Under the pieces are notes generated by a model that did no database searches, was not told where the DNA came from, and was given only the letters and a program-made list of their open reading frames with translations. Positions 28,615 to 37,355 of a stretch of 64,000 nucleotides of DNA are shown in pieces. A program made the translations under genes and the position numbers. Position 1 is the first letter of the stretch. Each line of letters opens with the position of its first letter. Source of the stretch: Bacillota bacterium (GTDB lineage: Bacteria; Bacillota; Desulfotomaculia; Desulfotomaculales; VENG01); assembly GCA_009711705.1 (NCBI GenBank), contig VENG01000015.1, forward strand, positions 65,709-129,708. Direction: 5' to 3'.

Positions 28615-29619
28615 CTACTGTTTTTGGTACCATTTCACGGCCAGGCCGGCCCACGTCAGTCCGGCACCAAAACCAACCATGATTATATTTTGACCGTCTT
28701 TTATTTTCTTCTGCTTTACAGCCTCGTATAGTGCAATTGGTATAGAGGCCGTGGAAGTGTTACCAAACCGATCTACATTTACCAGCACCCTATTCATGTT
28801 AATTCCTACCCGGCGTGCGGCCGTTTCAATAATTCGGATATTAGCCTGATGGGGAATAAAAAAGTTTATATCTTCAGGCGCTAAGCCTGCCATCGATATC
28901 ACTTCCATGGCCCCTTCACCCATGGCACGAACGGCGAACCGAAAAACCTCTCTGCCATTCATAGTCACATAGTGAAGGTTCTCCTGTATTGTGGCTTCAG
29001 ACGCCGGCAGGCGAGAACCTCCGGCCGGTACTTTCAGATGCTTTCCGCCGCTACCATCAGAGCCAAGCCGTGTAGAAAGGATACCTCTATTATCGGGAAC
29101 CCTTTCCAGGACAGCCGCCCCGGCACCATCACCAAAAAGAACACAAGTGTTTCTGTCCTTCCAGTTAATTATTTTAGAAAGCGTTTCGGCACCGATAACA
29201 AGGACTGTCTTAAATGTGCCTGACGCAATATACTGATGACCCACGGACAGGGCATAAAGAAAGCCTGTGCAACCGGCCAGCAAATCAAAGGCACCCGCAT
29301 TTGCCGCTCCCAACCTGTCCTGAACCATGCAAGCGGTAGCGGGCATTAGCATGTCCGGAGTATTAGTAGCCACTATAATCAGATCTACACTCTCCGGCCT
29401 TAACCCGGCGTCTTTAAGCGCCTCGCTAGCGGCATCAACCGCTAAATCAGAAGCAGCTTGCTCTGAATCGGCAATTCTTCTCTCTTTGATCCCTGTTCTA
29501 GTTCGGATCCATTCATCCGAAGTATCTACCATCTGTTGTAAGTCCAAGTTGGTTAAGACTTTATCTGGTACAGCCACCCCCAGGCCGGTGATGCCCGCCC
29601 TGTAAGTAGATTTAGGCAT
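28615..29619 (-). CDS. fabH: 3-oxoacyl-ACP synthase III
   Basis: 334 aa. Active-site LLAGCTGF, plus HQAN and GFGAGLTW motifs. Confidence 0.95.
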   Translation of the reverse strand: MPKSTYRAGITGLGVAVPDKVLTNLDLQQMVDTSDEWIRTRTGIKERRIADSEQAASDLAVDAASEALKDAGLRPESVDLIIVATNTPDMLMPATACMVQDRLGAANAGAFDLLAGCTGFLYALSVGHQYIASGTFKTVLVIGAETLSKIINWKDRNTCVLFGDGAGAAVLERVPDNRGILSTRLGSDGSGGKHLKVPAGGSRLPASEATIQENLHYVTMNGREVFRFAVRAMGEGAMEVISMAGLAPEDINFFIPHQANIRIIETAARRVGINMNRVLVNVDRFGNTSTASIPIALYEAVKQKKIKDGQNIIMVGFGAGLTWAGLAVKWYQKQ

Positions 29620-30625
29620 TACCGTAATTCACCTCCCGGCCTGCTGTATCGGCGACTCCGCTGTGAATGGCGGATACGATATCCTTTTCTGCAGAATCTC
29701 TTGCCATTCGAATGGCATGTTTAATGGCTGTTGAATTCGAACTTCCATGCGCTATAATGGTTATTCCATTCACCCCTAATAGCGGGGCACCCCCATATTC
29801 TGAGTAATCCATTTTACGTTTTATCTCCTTCAATACCGGTATGGTCAAAATTGCTCCCAACCTGGCCCTCATGCTCTTGGCGACCTCTTCCTTAATAGCG
29901 CCCATTAATGTTGTAGCAAGTCCTTCACCGGTTTTCAAAACAACATTTCCCACAAAACCGTCGCATACAATTACATCGGCAACGCCACTAAACACATCCC
30001 GGCCTTCAACATTCCCGATAAAATTAACGTTTGAAGCTTTTAACAGGGGATAGGTACCAAGTGTTAGTTCATTTCCTTTGGTTTCCTCTTCTCCTATATT
30101 TAAGAGCCCTACGGCAGGGTTTTTAACCCCCAGTATGAGCTTAGAATACAAAGAACCCATAATACCAAACTGCAGTAAATGCTTGGGACTGCAATCTGAA
30201 TTTGCCCCTGCGTCTAACAACAATGTACACCGGGTGCGGTTAGGTAAAAGAGTAGCTATAGCCGGCCGGCCGATACTTTTAATCCTGCCCAAGTAAAGCA
30301 ATGAGGCCGCCATTACAGCTCCTGTACTGCCAGCTGAGACCATTGCTTGGGCTTTCCCGCCTTTCATTAACTCCACAGCTTTTACGATGGAAGAGTTGCG
30401 CTTGCGTCGCACTGCTACTGCAGGTGACTCGTGCATTCCAATGGTTTCAGGTGCATGTACCACCGTTACATCTTCAGCGCTTAGCGCTTTTAATTCTTTT
30501 ACTATTATATTTTCGTCTCCTATTAGACTCACTTCTATCCCCAGTTCCCGGTGTGCACGCACCGCCCCAAGGACAATCTCACGGGGGGCAAAATCCCCAC
30601 CCATGGCATCAACGGCAATATTCAC
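29612..30625 (-). CDS. plsX: Phosphate acyltransferase PlsX
   Basis: 337 aa. MNIAVDAMGGDFAP N-terminus. fapR-plsX-fab order as in Bacillus. Confidence 0.95.
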   Translation of the reverse strand: MNIAVDAMGGDFAPREIVLGAVRAHRELGIEVSLIGDENIIVKELKALSAEDVTVVHAPETIGMHESPAVAVRRKRNSSIVKAVELMKGGKAQAMVSAGSTGAVMAASLLYLGRIKSIGRPAIATLLPNRTRCTLLLDAGANSDCSPKHLLQFGIMGSLYSKLILGVKNPAVGLLNIGEEETKGNELTLGTYPLLKASNVNFIGNVEGRDVFSGVADVIVCDGFVGNVVLKTGEGLATTLMGAIKEEVAKSMRARLGAILTIPVLKEIKRKMDYSEYGGAPLLGVNGITIIAHGSSNSTAIKHAIRMARDSAEKDIVSAIHSGVADTAGREVNYGNA

Positions 30626-31197
30626 CGATGCCAGACCTCCTCTGCTATAGCAAAAATCAGAAACTTTCCCTCAAAAACGATTTCTTCGCCTACTCGCGAA
30701 GCAACCCTTACCATGTATTTATTTCCTTTTTTTCTGGTAATAGTCGCCCGGGCAACCACATTTTCGCTTTCATATACTGGACGCTTAAAGCTAATCTTAG
30801 ATGTCCCGGTTAGCGCAACTTCGGTGTCAATAAGAGCTACAGCCAGAGAATTTGCTTGGGCAAAAATCAAGTGCCCCCTTGCTACTCGCGTTTTTTGTAA
30901 AGTCATATTATCAGTTACATTTAAAATGGAAACCCCGTAACTACCCACTTCTACATCCACCAGCTCCCCGACCAATTCTTCCCGGTCAAGAGAACGGACA
31001 TGCGCATAAACCTTTTGAGCTACCTCTTTTAGACGTTTACGCATCTCCGGGATACCCTTTTCGGAACGGTCGAGACGAACAGTCTGAATACTAACACCAA
31101 GGGTATGTGCTAAATCTTCATCGGTTAAAAAGGGATTCCCTTCGATATATTTTTGTAAAAGTCTTTGCCTAGTCACCTTTGACAATGCGTTTTTCAA
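30622..31197 (-). CDS. fapR: Fatty acid and phospholipid biosynthesis regulator FapR
   Basis: 191 aa. HTH LGVSIQTVRLDR and a hot-dog domain ARGHLIFAQANSLAVALID. TTG start with an AGGTGA RBS. Confidence 0.93.
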   Translation of the reverse strand: MKNALSKVTRQRLLQKYIEGNPFLTDEDLAHTLGVSIQTVRLDRSEKGIPEMRKRLKEVAQKVYAHVRSLDREELVGELVDVEVGSYGVSILNVTDNMTLQKTRVARGHLIFAQANSLAVALIDTEVALTGTSKISFKRPVYESENVVARATITRKKGNKYMVRVASRVGEEIVFEGKFLIFAIAEEVWHR

Positions 31198-31218
31198 ACC
31201 AACTCACCTAATATTATA

Positions 31219-31235
31219 TTAGTACCAGGTACTAA
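31219..31235. promoter_or_regulatory. FapR operator (perfect 17-bp palindrome TTAGTACCAGGTACTAA)
   Basis: 8+1+8 perfect inverted repeat immediately downstream of the predicted fapR -10 box. It matches my recollection of the Bacillus FapR box (TTAGTACC-N-GGTACTAA-like). Confidence 0.8.
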
Positions 31236-31240
31236 AGTGT

Positions 31241-31269
31241 AGTATAAATCACGTTGGAAAAAAAAGCAA
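31241..31269 (-). promoter_or_regulatory. Predicted fapR-plsX-fab promoter (TTGCTT-17 nt-TATACT)
   Basis: The minus strand reads TTGCTT TTTTTTCCAACGTGATT TATACT, followed directly by the FapR box. Confidence 0.55.
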
Positions 31270-31360
31270 TAAAGAAACGCGCTTAAATTAGTTCCTTAAC
31301 GCGAGCTTATTAATACTTTAAACCTTAGCCCCTTGCCATATATATGGCAAGGTACACTTT
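31256..31360 (-). repeat. Two-hairpin terminator-like module, family 2, copy 1 (paralogue at 62981-63070)
   Basis: Minus strand: hairpin CCTTGCCATATATATGGCAAGG (31331-31352), linker GGCTAAGG..., then CGCGTTAA-loop-TTAAGCGCG (31278-31303) followed by a U-rich tail. About 70% identical over ~95 nt to the copy after the Cys-rich miniprotein gene. Confidence 0.75.
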
Positions 31361-31365
31361 CATTA

Positions 31366-31387
31366 TAGTATAAAAATAGTATAAAAA
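31366..31387. repeat. Perfect tandem duplication of an 11-mer (TAGTATAAAAA x2)
   Basis: 31366-31376 equals 31377-31387. Each unit reads TATACT on the minus strand, the same hexamer as the predicted fapR -10. Confidence 0.9.
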
Positions 31388-31411
31388 ATAAGCCCCGAAA
31401 ATTCGGAACTT
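31381..31411 (-). terminator. Intrinsic terminator of rpmF
   Basis: The minus-strand RNA reads AAGUUCCGA-AUUU-UCGGGGCUU (two G.U pairs) followed by AUUUUUUAU, about 20 nt after the rpmF stop. Confidence 0.8.
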
Positions 31412-31429
31412 ATTTGGAAAATTTACCTT

Positions 31430-31603
31430 TTATTTGGCTACAACCTCTGTCCCTTTATAATAACCGCATTCGGGACATACCCGGTGAGATACCGTAAAGC
31501 TATGGCATTGCGTACATTTTACCAGCTTAGGTGCTGTTAACTTTTGAGTTGCCCTGCGCTGGCGGTTACGCTGCTTACCCCTTTTCCTCTTAGGAACCCC
31601 CAT
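31430..31603 (-). CDS. rpmF: 50S ribosomal protein L32
   Basis: Not in the ORF track (57 aa). Hand translation: MGVPKRKRGKQRNRQRRATQKLTAPKLVKCTQCHSFTVSHRVCPECGYYKGTEVVAK. Zn-ribbon CxxC...CxxC. Overlaps the yceD end by 14 nt, as is usual. Confidence 0.95.
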   Translation of the reverse strand: MGVPKRKRGKQRNRQRRATQKLTAPKLVKCTQCHSFTVSHRVCPECGYYKGTEVVAK

Positions 31604-32129
31604 TCTTCTCCCCCCTTTTCAACAATTCCTTCAGTTTTGCCATTCTTGAATCTACAATCTCCTCACGGCAATCACATTCCTTAACATTCCGGTTGCATCC
31701 ACACTGAGGGCATAAGCCTTTACATTGTTCACTACAGAGCGCCCGGATAGGCATGGCTAGAATAATGGCTTTTAAGACCTCAGGCTGAATGTCAATCTCA
31801 TCTCCAGAATAAGGAACATAGTCTTCCCCTTCCTCTGCATTCTGAGAGAGCCCTTTCTCTTTGTCATAATAGGTTTCAAACAGATCGGCATGGACGGGAT
31901 ATTTGAAGGACGCAAGGCATCTTGCGCATTTTGTGTTGACACTGGTATCAATTGATCCGGTAACAAGCAAACACATCCCGGTATTTGTTATGTCAACATG
32001 GATATCAGGGGTCCCGGCAAAAGATACTTGACCTTCACTACTGTCTAACTCCGGTAGACTAACATCCAAGTCATAATGATCTTGCCTGCCTCTTTCTTCT
32101 TTTAAACCCTTAACGTTAAGCCTGATCAT
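31590..32129 (-). CDS. yceD: YceD/DUF177 family protein (23S rRNA accumulation protein-like)
   Basis: 179 aa from the ATG at 32129 (GGAGGG RBS). Cys-rich C-terminus CSEQCKGLCPQCGCNRN. Conserved pairing with rpmF. Confidence 0.88.
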   Translation of the reverse strand: MIRLNVKGLKEERGRQDHYDLDVSLPELDSSEGQVSFAGTPDIHVDITNTGMCLLVTGSIDTSVNTKCARCLASFKYPVHADLFETYYDKEKGLSQNAEEGEDYVPYSGDEIDIQPEVLKAIILAMPIRALCSEQCKGLCPQCGCNRNVKECDCREEIVDSRMAKLKELLKRGEKNGGS

Positions 32130-32282
32130 ATTATCCCTCCGATATAACAAATTCAATTATATAAACAGTTCTATCCATTGTCAAGGATTGGACTTGTACA
32201 GGTTATTCTGCCGGCAGTCATTTTACGTCCCCTTAAATTCATATATTTCAAAGAATAGAGAGAAGGGACTGAATTACTTTCC

Positions 32283-33581
32283 ATGACGTTAATTTGGATG
32301 TTGGTAATGGTTATACTTATACTAATGTTTCGAACAAGTTTCACTCAGACATTGTACCTGCATAAAGACACGCTACCAAGGGTTCTATTAGGAGTCACAG
32401 TGGTAAGTTTCATTATTATCATGATAACTCACCCCAAAATTATCTTTGCAGGTTCTGTTGCCGGGCTGAATGCATGGTGGAATATTGTTTTCCCCGCTTT
32501 GCTTCCCTTTTTTATCGCATCCGAATTATTAATGAGTTTTGGTATTGTACACTTTATGGGTGTATTACTGGAACCGGTGATGCGCCCTCTCTTTAATGTC
32601 CCGGGAACAGGTTCCTTTGTGATGGCCATAGGTTTTACCAGTGGTTATCCAATTGGTTCCATGGTCACTGCCCGCCTGCGTAGCCAGGGCTTGTGTTCAA
32701 GGGTGGAAGCGGAAAGACTGATGTCATTTACCAACAATTCAAGCCCCCTGTTTATGCTGGTTGCCGTTGCGGTGGGAATGTTCAACAACCCTGCGGTGGG
32801 GCTGGTAATTGCAGGCGCTCATTATACAGCAAACCTTACCTTGGGCTTAGGTCTCAGATTCTACGGAAGAAGCGAAAAAGAAAAATCAACGCAACCGCGT
32901 ACCAAAATACACCTGATACCGGCTAAGGCGCTGGCAGAGATGCTAGGCATTGTGAGGCAGGAGAACCGCCCTTTCGGGAAAATAATGGGGGATGCGGTCA
33001 AAAACTCAATAAACAACCTGCTTAATATTGGCGGCTTTATTATTTTGTTTGCGGTTATTATTAACGTACTCACCGAATTAGGCGTAATTGGATTAATTGC
33101 CGCAGCTCTTGGTAAAATATTAATCCCGGTAGGTGTATCAGCCAGCGTATTAAGTGCGGTTGCCAGTGGCCTCTTTGAAATGACCATGGGTACAAAACTA
33201 GCCAGCGAGGCCAGTGCTCCTTTACTACAACAATTAGTAGCTGTATCATTCATTCTCGCCTGGAGCGGTTTATCCGTCATCGCACAAGTAGCAAGTATGA
33301 TTGCCCATACCGACATTAGACTTGGACTCTTTATCGCTGCGCGCATATTTCATGCTTTTCTGGCCGGTATGTATACCGTGGTTTTTTATAATTTATTTGA
33401 ACCTAAAATAAATACCAGTACTGTTTTTAATGCCTACAACCAAACGGGTTTGGGCACTACCCTGATCTTCATAAAAAACAGCCTGTTATTGTTTTTTGGC
33501 ATTCTGGCCGTTTTTATAGTCATCTCCTTGTTGGCATGCCTAGCTGTTAACGTTTTCCGCATTTTTGCACGTAAAATGTAG
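32283..33581 (+). CDS. ylbJ: Sporulation integral membrane protein YlbJ-like (nucleoside-recognition/Gate domains)
   Basis: 432-aa polytopic membrane protein. Neighbourhood with coaD/rsmD as in the Bacillus ylbH-ylbI-ylbJ region. Confidence 0.72.
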   Translation: MTLIWMLVMVILILMFRTSFTQTLYLHKDTLPRVLLGVTVVSFIIIMITHPKIIFAGSVAGLNAWWNIVFPALLPFFIASELLMSFGIVHFMGVLLEPVMRPLFNVPGTGSFVMAIGFTSGYPIGSMVTARLRSQGLCSRVEAERLMSFTNNSSPLFMLVAVAVGMFNNPAVGLVIAGAHYTANLTLGLGLRFYGRSEKEKSTQPRTKIHLIPAKALAEMLGIVRQENRPFGKIMGDAVKNSINNLLNIGGFIILFAVIINVLTELGVIGLIAAALGKILIPVGVSASVLSAVASGLFEMTMGTKLASEASAPLLQQLVAVSFILAWSGLSVIAQVASMIAHTDIRLGLFIAARIFHAFLAGMYTVVFYNLFEPKINTSTVFNAYNQTGLGTTLIFIKNSLLLFFGILAVFIVISLLACLAVNVFRIFARKM

Positions 33582-33706
33582 GGATATTTTAAAAAAAACA
33601 AACCCTTCTTGCAAAAATTAAAACCTCCATGCATTTGTAATTAAAGGCCTGGATAACCTAATTTATAGTTTGTACCTAATTTGACCCTACCGGAAGGTGA
33701 ATAAAT

Positions 33707-35809
33707 ATGAATGGGCTTTCAGATTTTTTTACTCCTCAATCCGTGGCCATCGTTGGTGCTTCCAAAACGCCGGGGAAAATAGGCAATGCTATAGTAAAAA
33801 ATATGATTCAAAGCGGCTTCACAGGGAAAATATATCCCATCAACCCCAAAGAAAATGAAATTGAGGGTTTAAAATGCTACCCATCGATTAGTGACATCGA
33901 TGGCAGATTGGATCTGGTAGCTGTGGCCATTCCTGCTGCACATACTGTGCAACTGGCAGAGGAATGCGGACAAAAAGGTGTTAAACACCTGGTGGTCATT
34001 TCAGCCGGCTTTAAAGAAATAGGGCATGAAGGAATGGAACTAGAAAAACAACTTGTTTCCACATGTCATAACTACGGCATGCGTTTACTGGGCCCTAACT
34101 GCATTGGCGTCATGGACACACATTCGGGGCTTAATGCGTCCTTTTCCGGAGTTTACCCGACCAAGGGTGACATAGCATTCATATCTCAAAGCGGTGCCAT
34201 GTTAGTGGCAATTCTCGACTGGAGCAAAGCTACAGGAATCGGATTCAGTAAGGTAATCAGCTTGGGAAATAAAGCGGATCTTACGGAAACTCACAGCATA
34301 GCCATCGCGGCGGATGATCCGAATACAAAAGTAATTTTATGTTACATCGAAGACGTAGCAGACGGGGAACATTTTTTAGACGTAGTATCAAAGGCCAGTA
34401 AGAAAAAGCCGATCATAATTCTCAAATCCGGCACCAGCCAGGCCGGGGCACAGGCAGCTTCTTCACATACCGGGGCACTTGCCGGCAGTGACGTTGCTTA
34501 TGAAACCGCTTTTCGCCAGTGCGGAGTGATCAGGGCTCATACCATGCCCGCACTATTTGACCTGGGCATCGCTTTTTCCCGGCAGCCGGTTCCAAAAGGA
34601 AAACGAGTTGCCGTGATAACAAATGCGGGCGGGCCCGGAATTGTTGCCACCGATACCATTGAGAACGCAGGACTGGCGATGGCTAGATTTGATAAAGAAA
34701 CTATTTCCAAGCTAAGAGACAGCCTGCCGGCTGAGGCGAATATTTACAACCCTGTAGATGTTTTAGGTGATGCTAAAGCCGACCGTTATAGTTTTTCGCT
34801 GGAGAAAGCTCTGAGCGATGAAGGAGTAGACAGTGCCCTTGTGTTGGTTTGCCCCACCGCAGTTACAGACTCCGTAAACACGGCCAGGGAAGTAACTCGG
34901 GTTCACCGGATATACCCAGGAAAACCTGTATTTGCAGCATATATGGGCGGCGAAACACTTAAAGAAGGATCTAAAGTACTGGAACAGGAAGGTGTCCCCA
35001 GTTTTATATTTCCAGAGCCGGCCATCCATGCCCTTGCCGGCATGAGTCGGTATGCTGAATTACAGCAAAGATTTGAAGATGAAAAGTATGAAAGTAAGCA
35101 AGAAACTGATATAAAGGGAGTTAAACAAATTTTTAACTCCGTAAGGGATGACGGTAGACTGGTACTGCTGGGCAATGAAACAGCGCAAGTGGCTAAAGCT
35201 TTCGGGATTCCTGCCGCCCCGGTTGAACTGGCCGAAAGCCCGGATGAAGCGGCAAAACTAGCTGATGAAATGGGTTACCCGGTAGTGTTAAAGGTAGCTT
35301 CCCCCAAAATTTTACATAAGACAGATGTGGGGGGAGTCAAAATAAATCTAAATGGCCCTAACGAAGTGCGTAAGGGGTTTGTTGAAATAAACGAAAACAT
35401 CCAAAGATATTTACCCGACGTAGTAATCCACGGCATAGAAGTGCAAAGAATGATGCCTAAAGGGGTGGAATTAATCGTCGGAATGAGCAGAGACGTACAA
35501 TTTGGGCCCCTCATCGCCTTTGGCCTGGGAGGCATTTACGTTAACCTGCTTAAGGATGTTAGCTTCAGACTCGCCCGGGACTTAACCGAGAAAGAAATAG
35601 AAAGTATGATCCGCGAAACAAAAGCATATACCCTACTTCGGGGTTACAGAGGAGATAAGCCGGCAGACATTAAGGGCGTAACTAATCTTATCGACCGGGT
35701 GGCAAGGCTGGCAATAGAATTCCCTGAGATCACGGAAATGGACATCAATCCTGTGTTTGCATACCCCGATGGAGCATCAGCCCTGGATATTAAAATAACT
35801 ATTTCGTGA
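33707..35809 (+). CDS. Acetate/acyl--CoA ligase (ADP-forming), fused alpha-beta type
   Basis: 700 aa. N-terminal CoA-binding VAIVGASKTPGKIGNAI, a succinyl-CoA-synthetase-like middle with SSHTGALAG (phospho-His loop), and a C-terminal ATP-grasp. Confidence 0.88.
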   Translation: MNGLSDFFTPQSVAIVGASKTPGKIGNAIVKNMIQSGFTGKIYPINPKENEIEGLKCYPSISDIDGRLDLVAVAIPAAHTVQLAEECGQKGVKHLVVISAGFKEIGHEGMELEKQLVSTCHNYGMRLLGPNCIGVMDTHSGLNASFSGVYPTKGDIAFISQSGAMLVAILDWSKATGIGFSKVISLGNKADLTETHSIAIAADDPNTKVILCYIEDVADGEHFLDVVSKASKKKPIIILKSGTSQAGAQAASSHTGALAGSDVAYETAFRQCGVIRAHTMPALFDLGIAFSRQPVPKGKRVAVITNAGGPGIVATDTIENAGLAMARFDKETISKLRDSLPAEANIYNPVDVLGDAKADRYSFSLEKALSDEGVDSALVLVCPTAVTDSVNTAREVTRVHRIYPGKPVFAAYMGGETLKEGSKVLEQEGVPSFIFPEPAIHALAGMSRYAELQQRFEDEKYESKQETDIKGVKQIFNSVRDDGRLVLLGNETAQVAKAFGIPAAPVELAESPDEAAKLADEMGYPVVLKVASPKILHKTDVGGVKINLNGPNEVRKGFVEINENIQRYLPDVVIHGIEVQRMMPKGVELIVGMSRDVQFGPLIAFGLGGIYVNLLKDVSFRLARDLTEKEIESMIRETKAYTLLRGYRGDKPADIKGVTNLIDRVARLAIEFPEITEMDINPVFAYPDGASALDIKITIS

Positions 35810-35819
35810 GGTGTTTCCC

Positions 35820-36869
35820 GTGAAAAACATATACACTTTAGGTCCTACAGGAAGCGGAAAAACAGCTATGGCCGTTGGTCTGGCCTTAAAATTACAGCAG
35901 GAAGGATATAAAGTATCTTATTTCAAACCAGTGGGTAATACCATGGGGGGAGCTAAAAAGGACGAAGATGCTTCACTAATGCAGCGGGTTTTAAATATGG
36001 ATCATTCCCTTGATACCATTGTACCGTGTATTGCGGGACCATCATATTTATCCGGATATAAAAAGATGGAGTCTTTGGAGCAAATATTATCATCTTATCA
36101 AAAAATTGCCAAAAATAGCGACATAGTTATCATTGGCGGCTCAGGCAACCCATACATACTGGCCTCATTTGGCCTGGATGCGGCTGCCCTGGCTGAGAAG
36201 ATGGACGCCGTTGCTTTATTCATGATAAGAATCGAAAATGACTTTAGCCTTGACCAGGCAATTTTCTATAATAAATACTTTTTAAATCATGGAATTTCAG
36301 TTATTGGAAATATATTTAACAATGTACCCAGACCGTTACTTTCAAAAACTGAAGGGGTTTATAAAAAGGTGCTGGAAGAAAAGGGCCTGAAGACCGTAGG
36401 AATTATACCGGTACGTGCCAACATGGCCTCTCCTACCGTTGCAGAGTACTATGAAGTACTGGGTGGAGAGATTCTTACCGGTGAGGACAGCATGGACAGG
36501 CTTATTGAGGATGTAGTTATCGGAGCCATGACTTTGGAAAGTGCCTTGGGATATTTAAGGCGGGCCCCGAACAAAGCAATTATTACCGGGGGAGATAGGG
36601 CGGACCTTGCACTAGCCGCGTTGGAGACAAGCACCTCGGCCCTGATTCTTACCGGCGGGCTGTATCCCGATGTAAAAGTTGTTGCCCGGGCAGCGGAAAA
36701 GGAGGTACCTGTTATTTTAGTCCATTATGATACGTACACAACAATTGAGAAAATTAACGAGGTATCTAGACACATAAGACCTGATGACAAGCTAAGCATA
36801 AGAATTGCCCAGGAAAATACGGAAAAATATTGCAATTGGGAATATGTGTTAAATTGCGCAAAAAAGTGA
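35820..36869 (+). CDS. Stand-alone phosphotransacetylase N-terminal-like protein (BioD-like P-loop + DRTGG domain)
   Basis: GPTGSGKT and YFKPVG are like the Pta N-terminal domain. ITGGDRADLALAAL is the DRTGG-type motif. There is no PTA_PTB catalytic domain. A GTG at 35820 (GAGGTG 6 nt upstream) is preferred over the track start 35811. Confidence 0.78.
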   Translation: MKNIYTLGPTGSGKTAMAVGLALKLQQEGYKVSYFKPVGNTMGGAKKDEDASLMQRVLNMDHSLDTIVPCIAGPSYLSGYKKMESLEQILSSYQKIAKNSDIVIIGGSGNPYILASFGLDAAALAEKMDAVALFMIRIENDFSLDQAIFYNKYFLNHGISVIGNIFNNVPRPLLSKTEGVYKKVLEEKGLKTVGIIPVRANMASPTVAEYYEVLGGEILTGEDSMDRLIEDVVIGAMTLESALGYLRRAPNKAIITGGDRADLALAALETSTSALILTGGLYPDVKVVARAAEKEVPVILVHYDTYTTIEKINEVSRHIRPDDKLSIRIAQENTEKYCNWEYVLNCAKK

Positions 36870-36887
36870 GGGCGATTAAACGCCCTC
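36868..36887. terminator. Short GC hairpin between convergent genes
   Basis: GAGGGCG-ATTAAA-CGCCCTC overlaps both stop codons. No U-tract. Confidence 0.35.
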
Positions 36888-37333
36888 TACTTAGACTCTT
36901 TTAATTCATTTCTTCCATCTCTAATTCCTTCTAACACTTTGATTAAATTATCTTCCAATTCACCAAGAATATCATCAGCATATTGGTACGCTCCCTGCTT
37001 AATTTGTGATGCTATTTCTTGTGCCTGCTGATGGTGTTCTTCAGAAATTTCCTGCGCTTTTTTTACCACTTCCGATTCCTCTGCCCGAGTCTGCAATTCA
37101 TTTTCTGCGTCTTGAATAATACGTATAGCTTCCTGCTTAGAATCGGCAATCACTTTTTCCCTTTCCTGTACCACCCATTTAGCCTGCCGTACTTCTTCGG
37201 GCAACGAGGTTCGAATGCGGTCTAAATAATCGAGCAATTTGTCTTCATCCACTAAAACCCTGCTTGTCATAGGAACCTTAGGACAGGTTTCTATTAACTC
37301 TTCTAACTCGTTAAGTATATTAAATATCTCCAC
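36887..37333 (-). CDS. Conserved coiled-coil protein of unknown function (ATPase-stalk-subunit-like heptads)
   Basis: 148 aa from the GTG at 37333 (GGGAGGG RBS). The track start 37420 overlaps coaD. E/Q/K-rich helical sequence; no catalytic motif recognised. Confidence 0.6.
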   Translation of the reverse strand: MEIFNILNELEELIETCPKVPMTSRVLVDEDKLLDYLDRIRTSLPEEVRQAKWVVQEREKVIADSKQEAIRIIQDAENELQTRAEESEVVKKAQEISEEHHQQAQEIASQIKQGAYQYADDILGELEDNLIKVLEGIRDGRNELKESK

Positions 37334-37355
37334 CAGTATCCCTCCCGTAGCGTAC

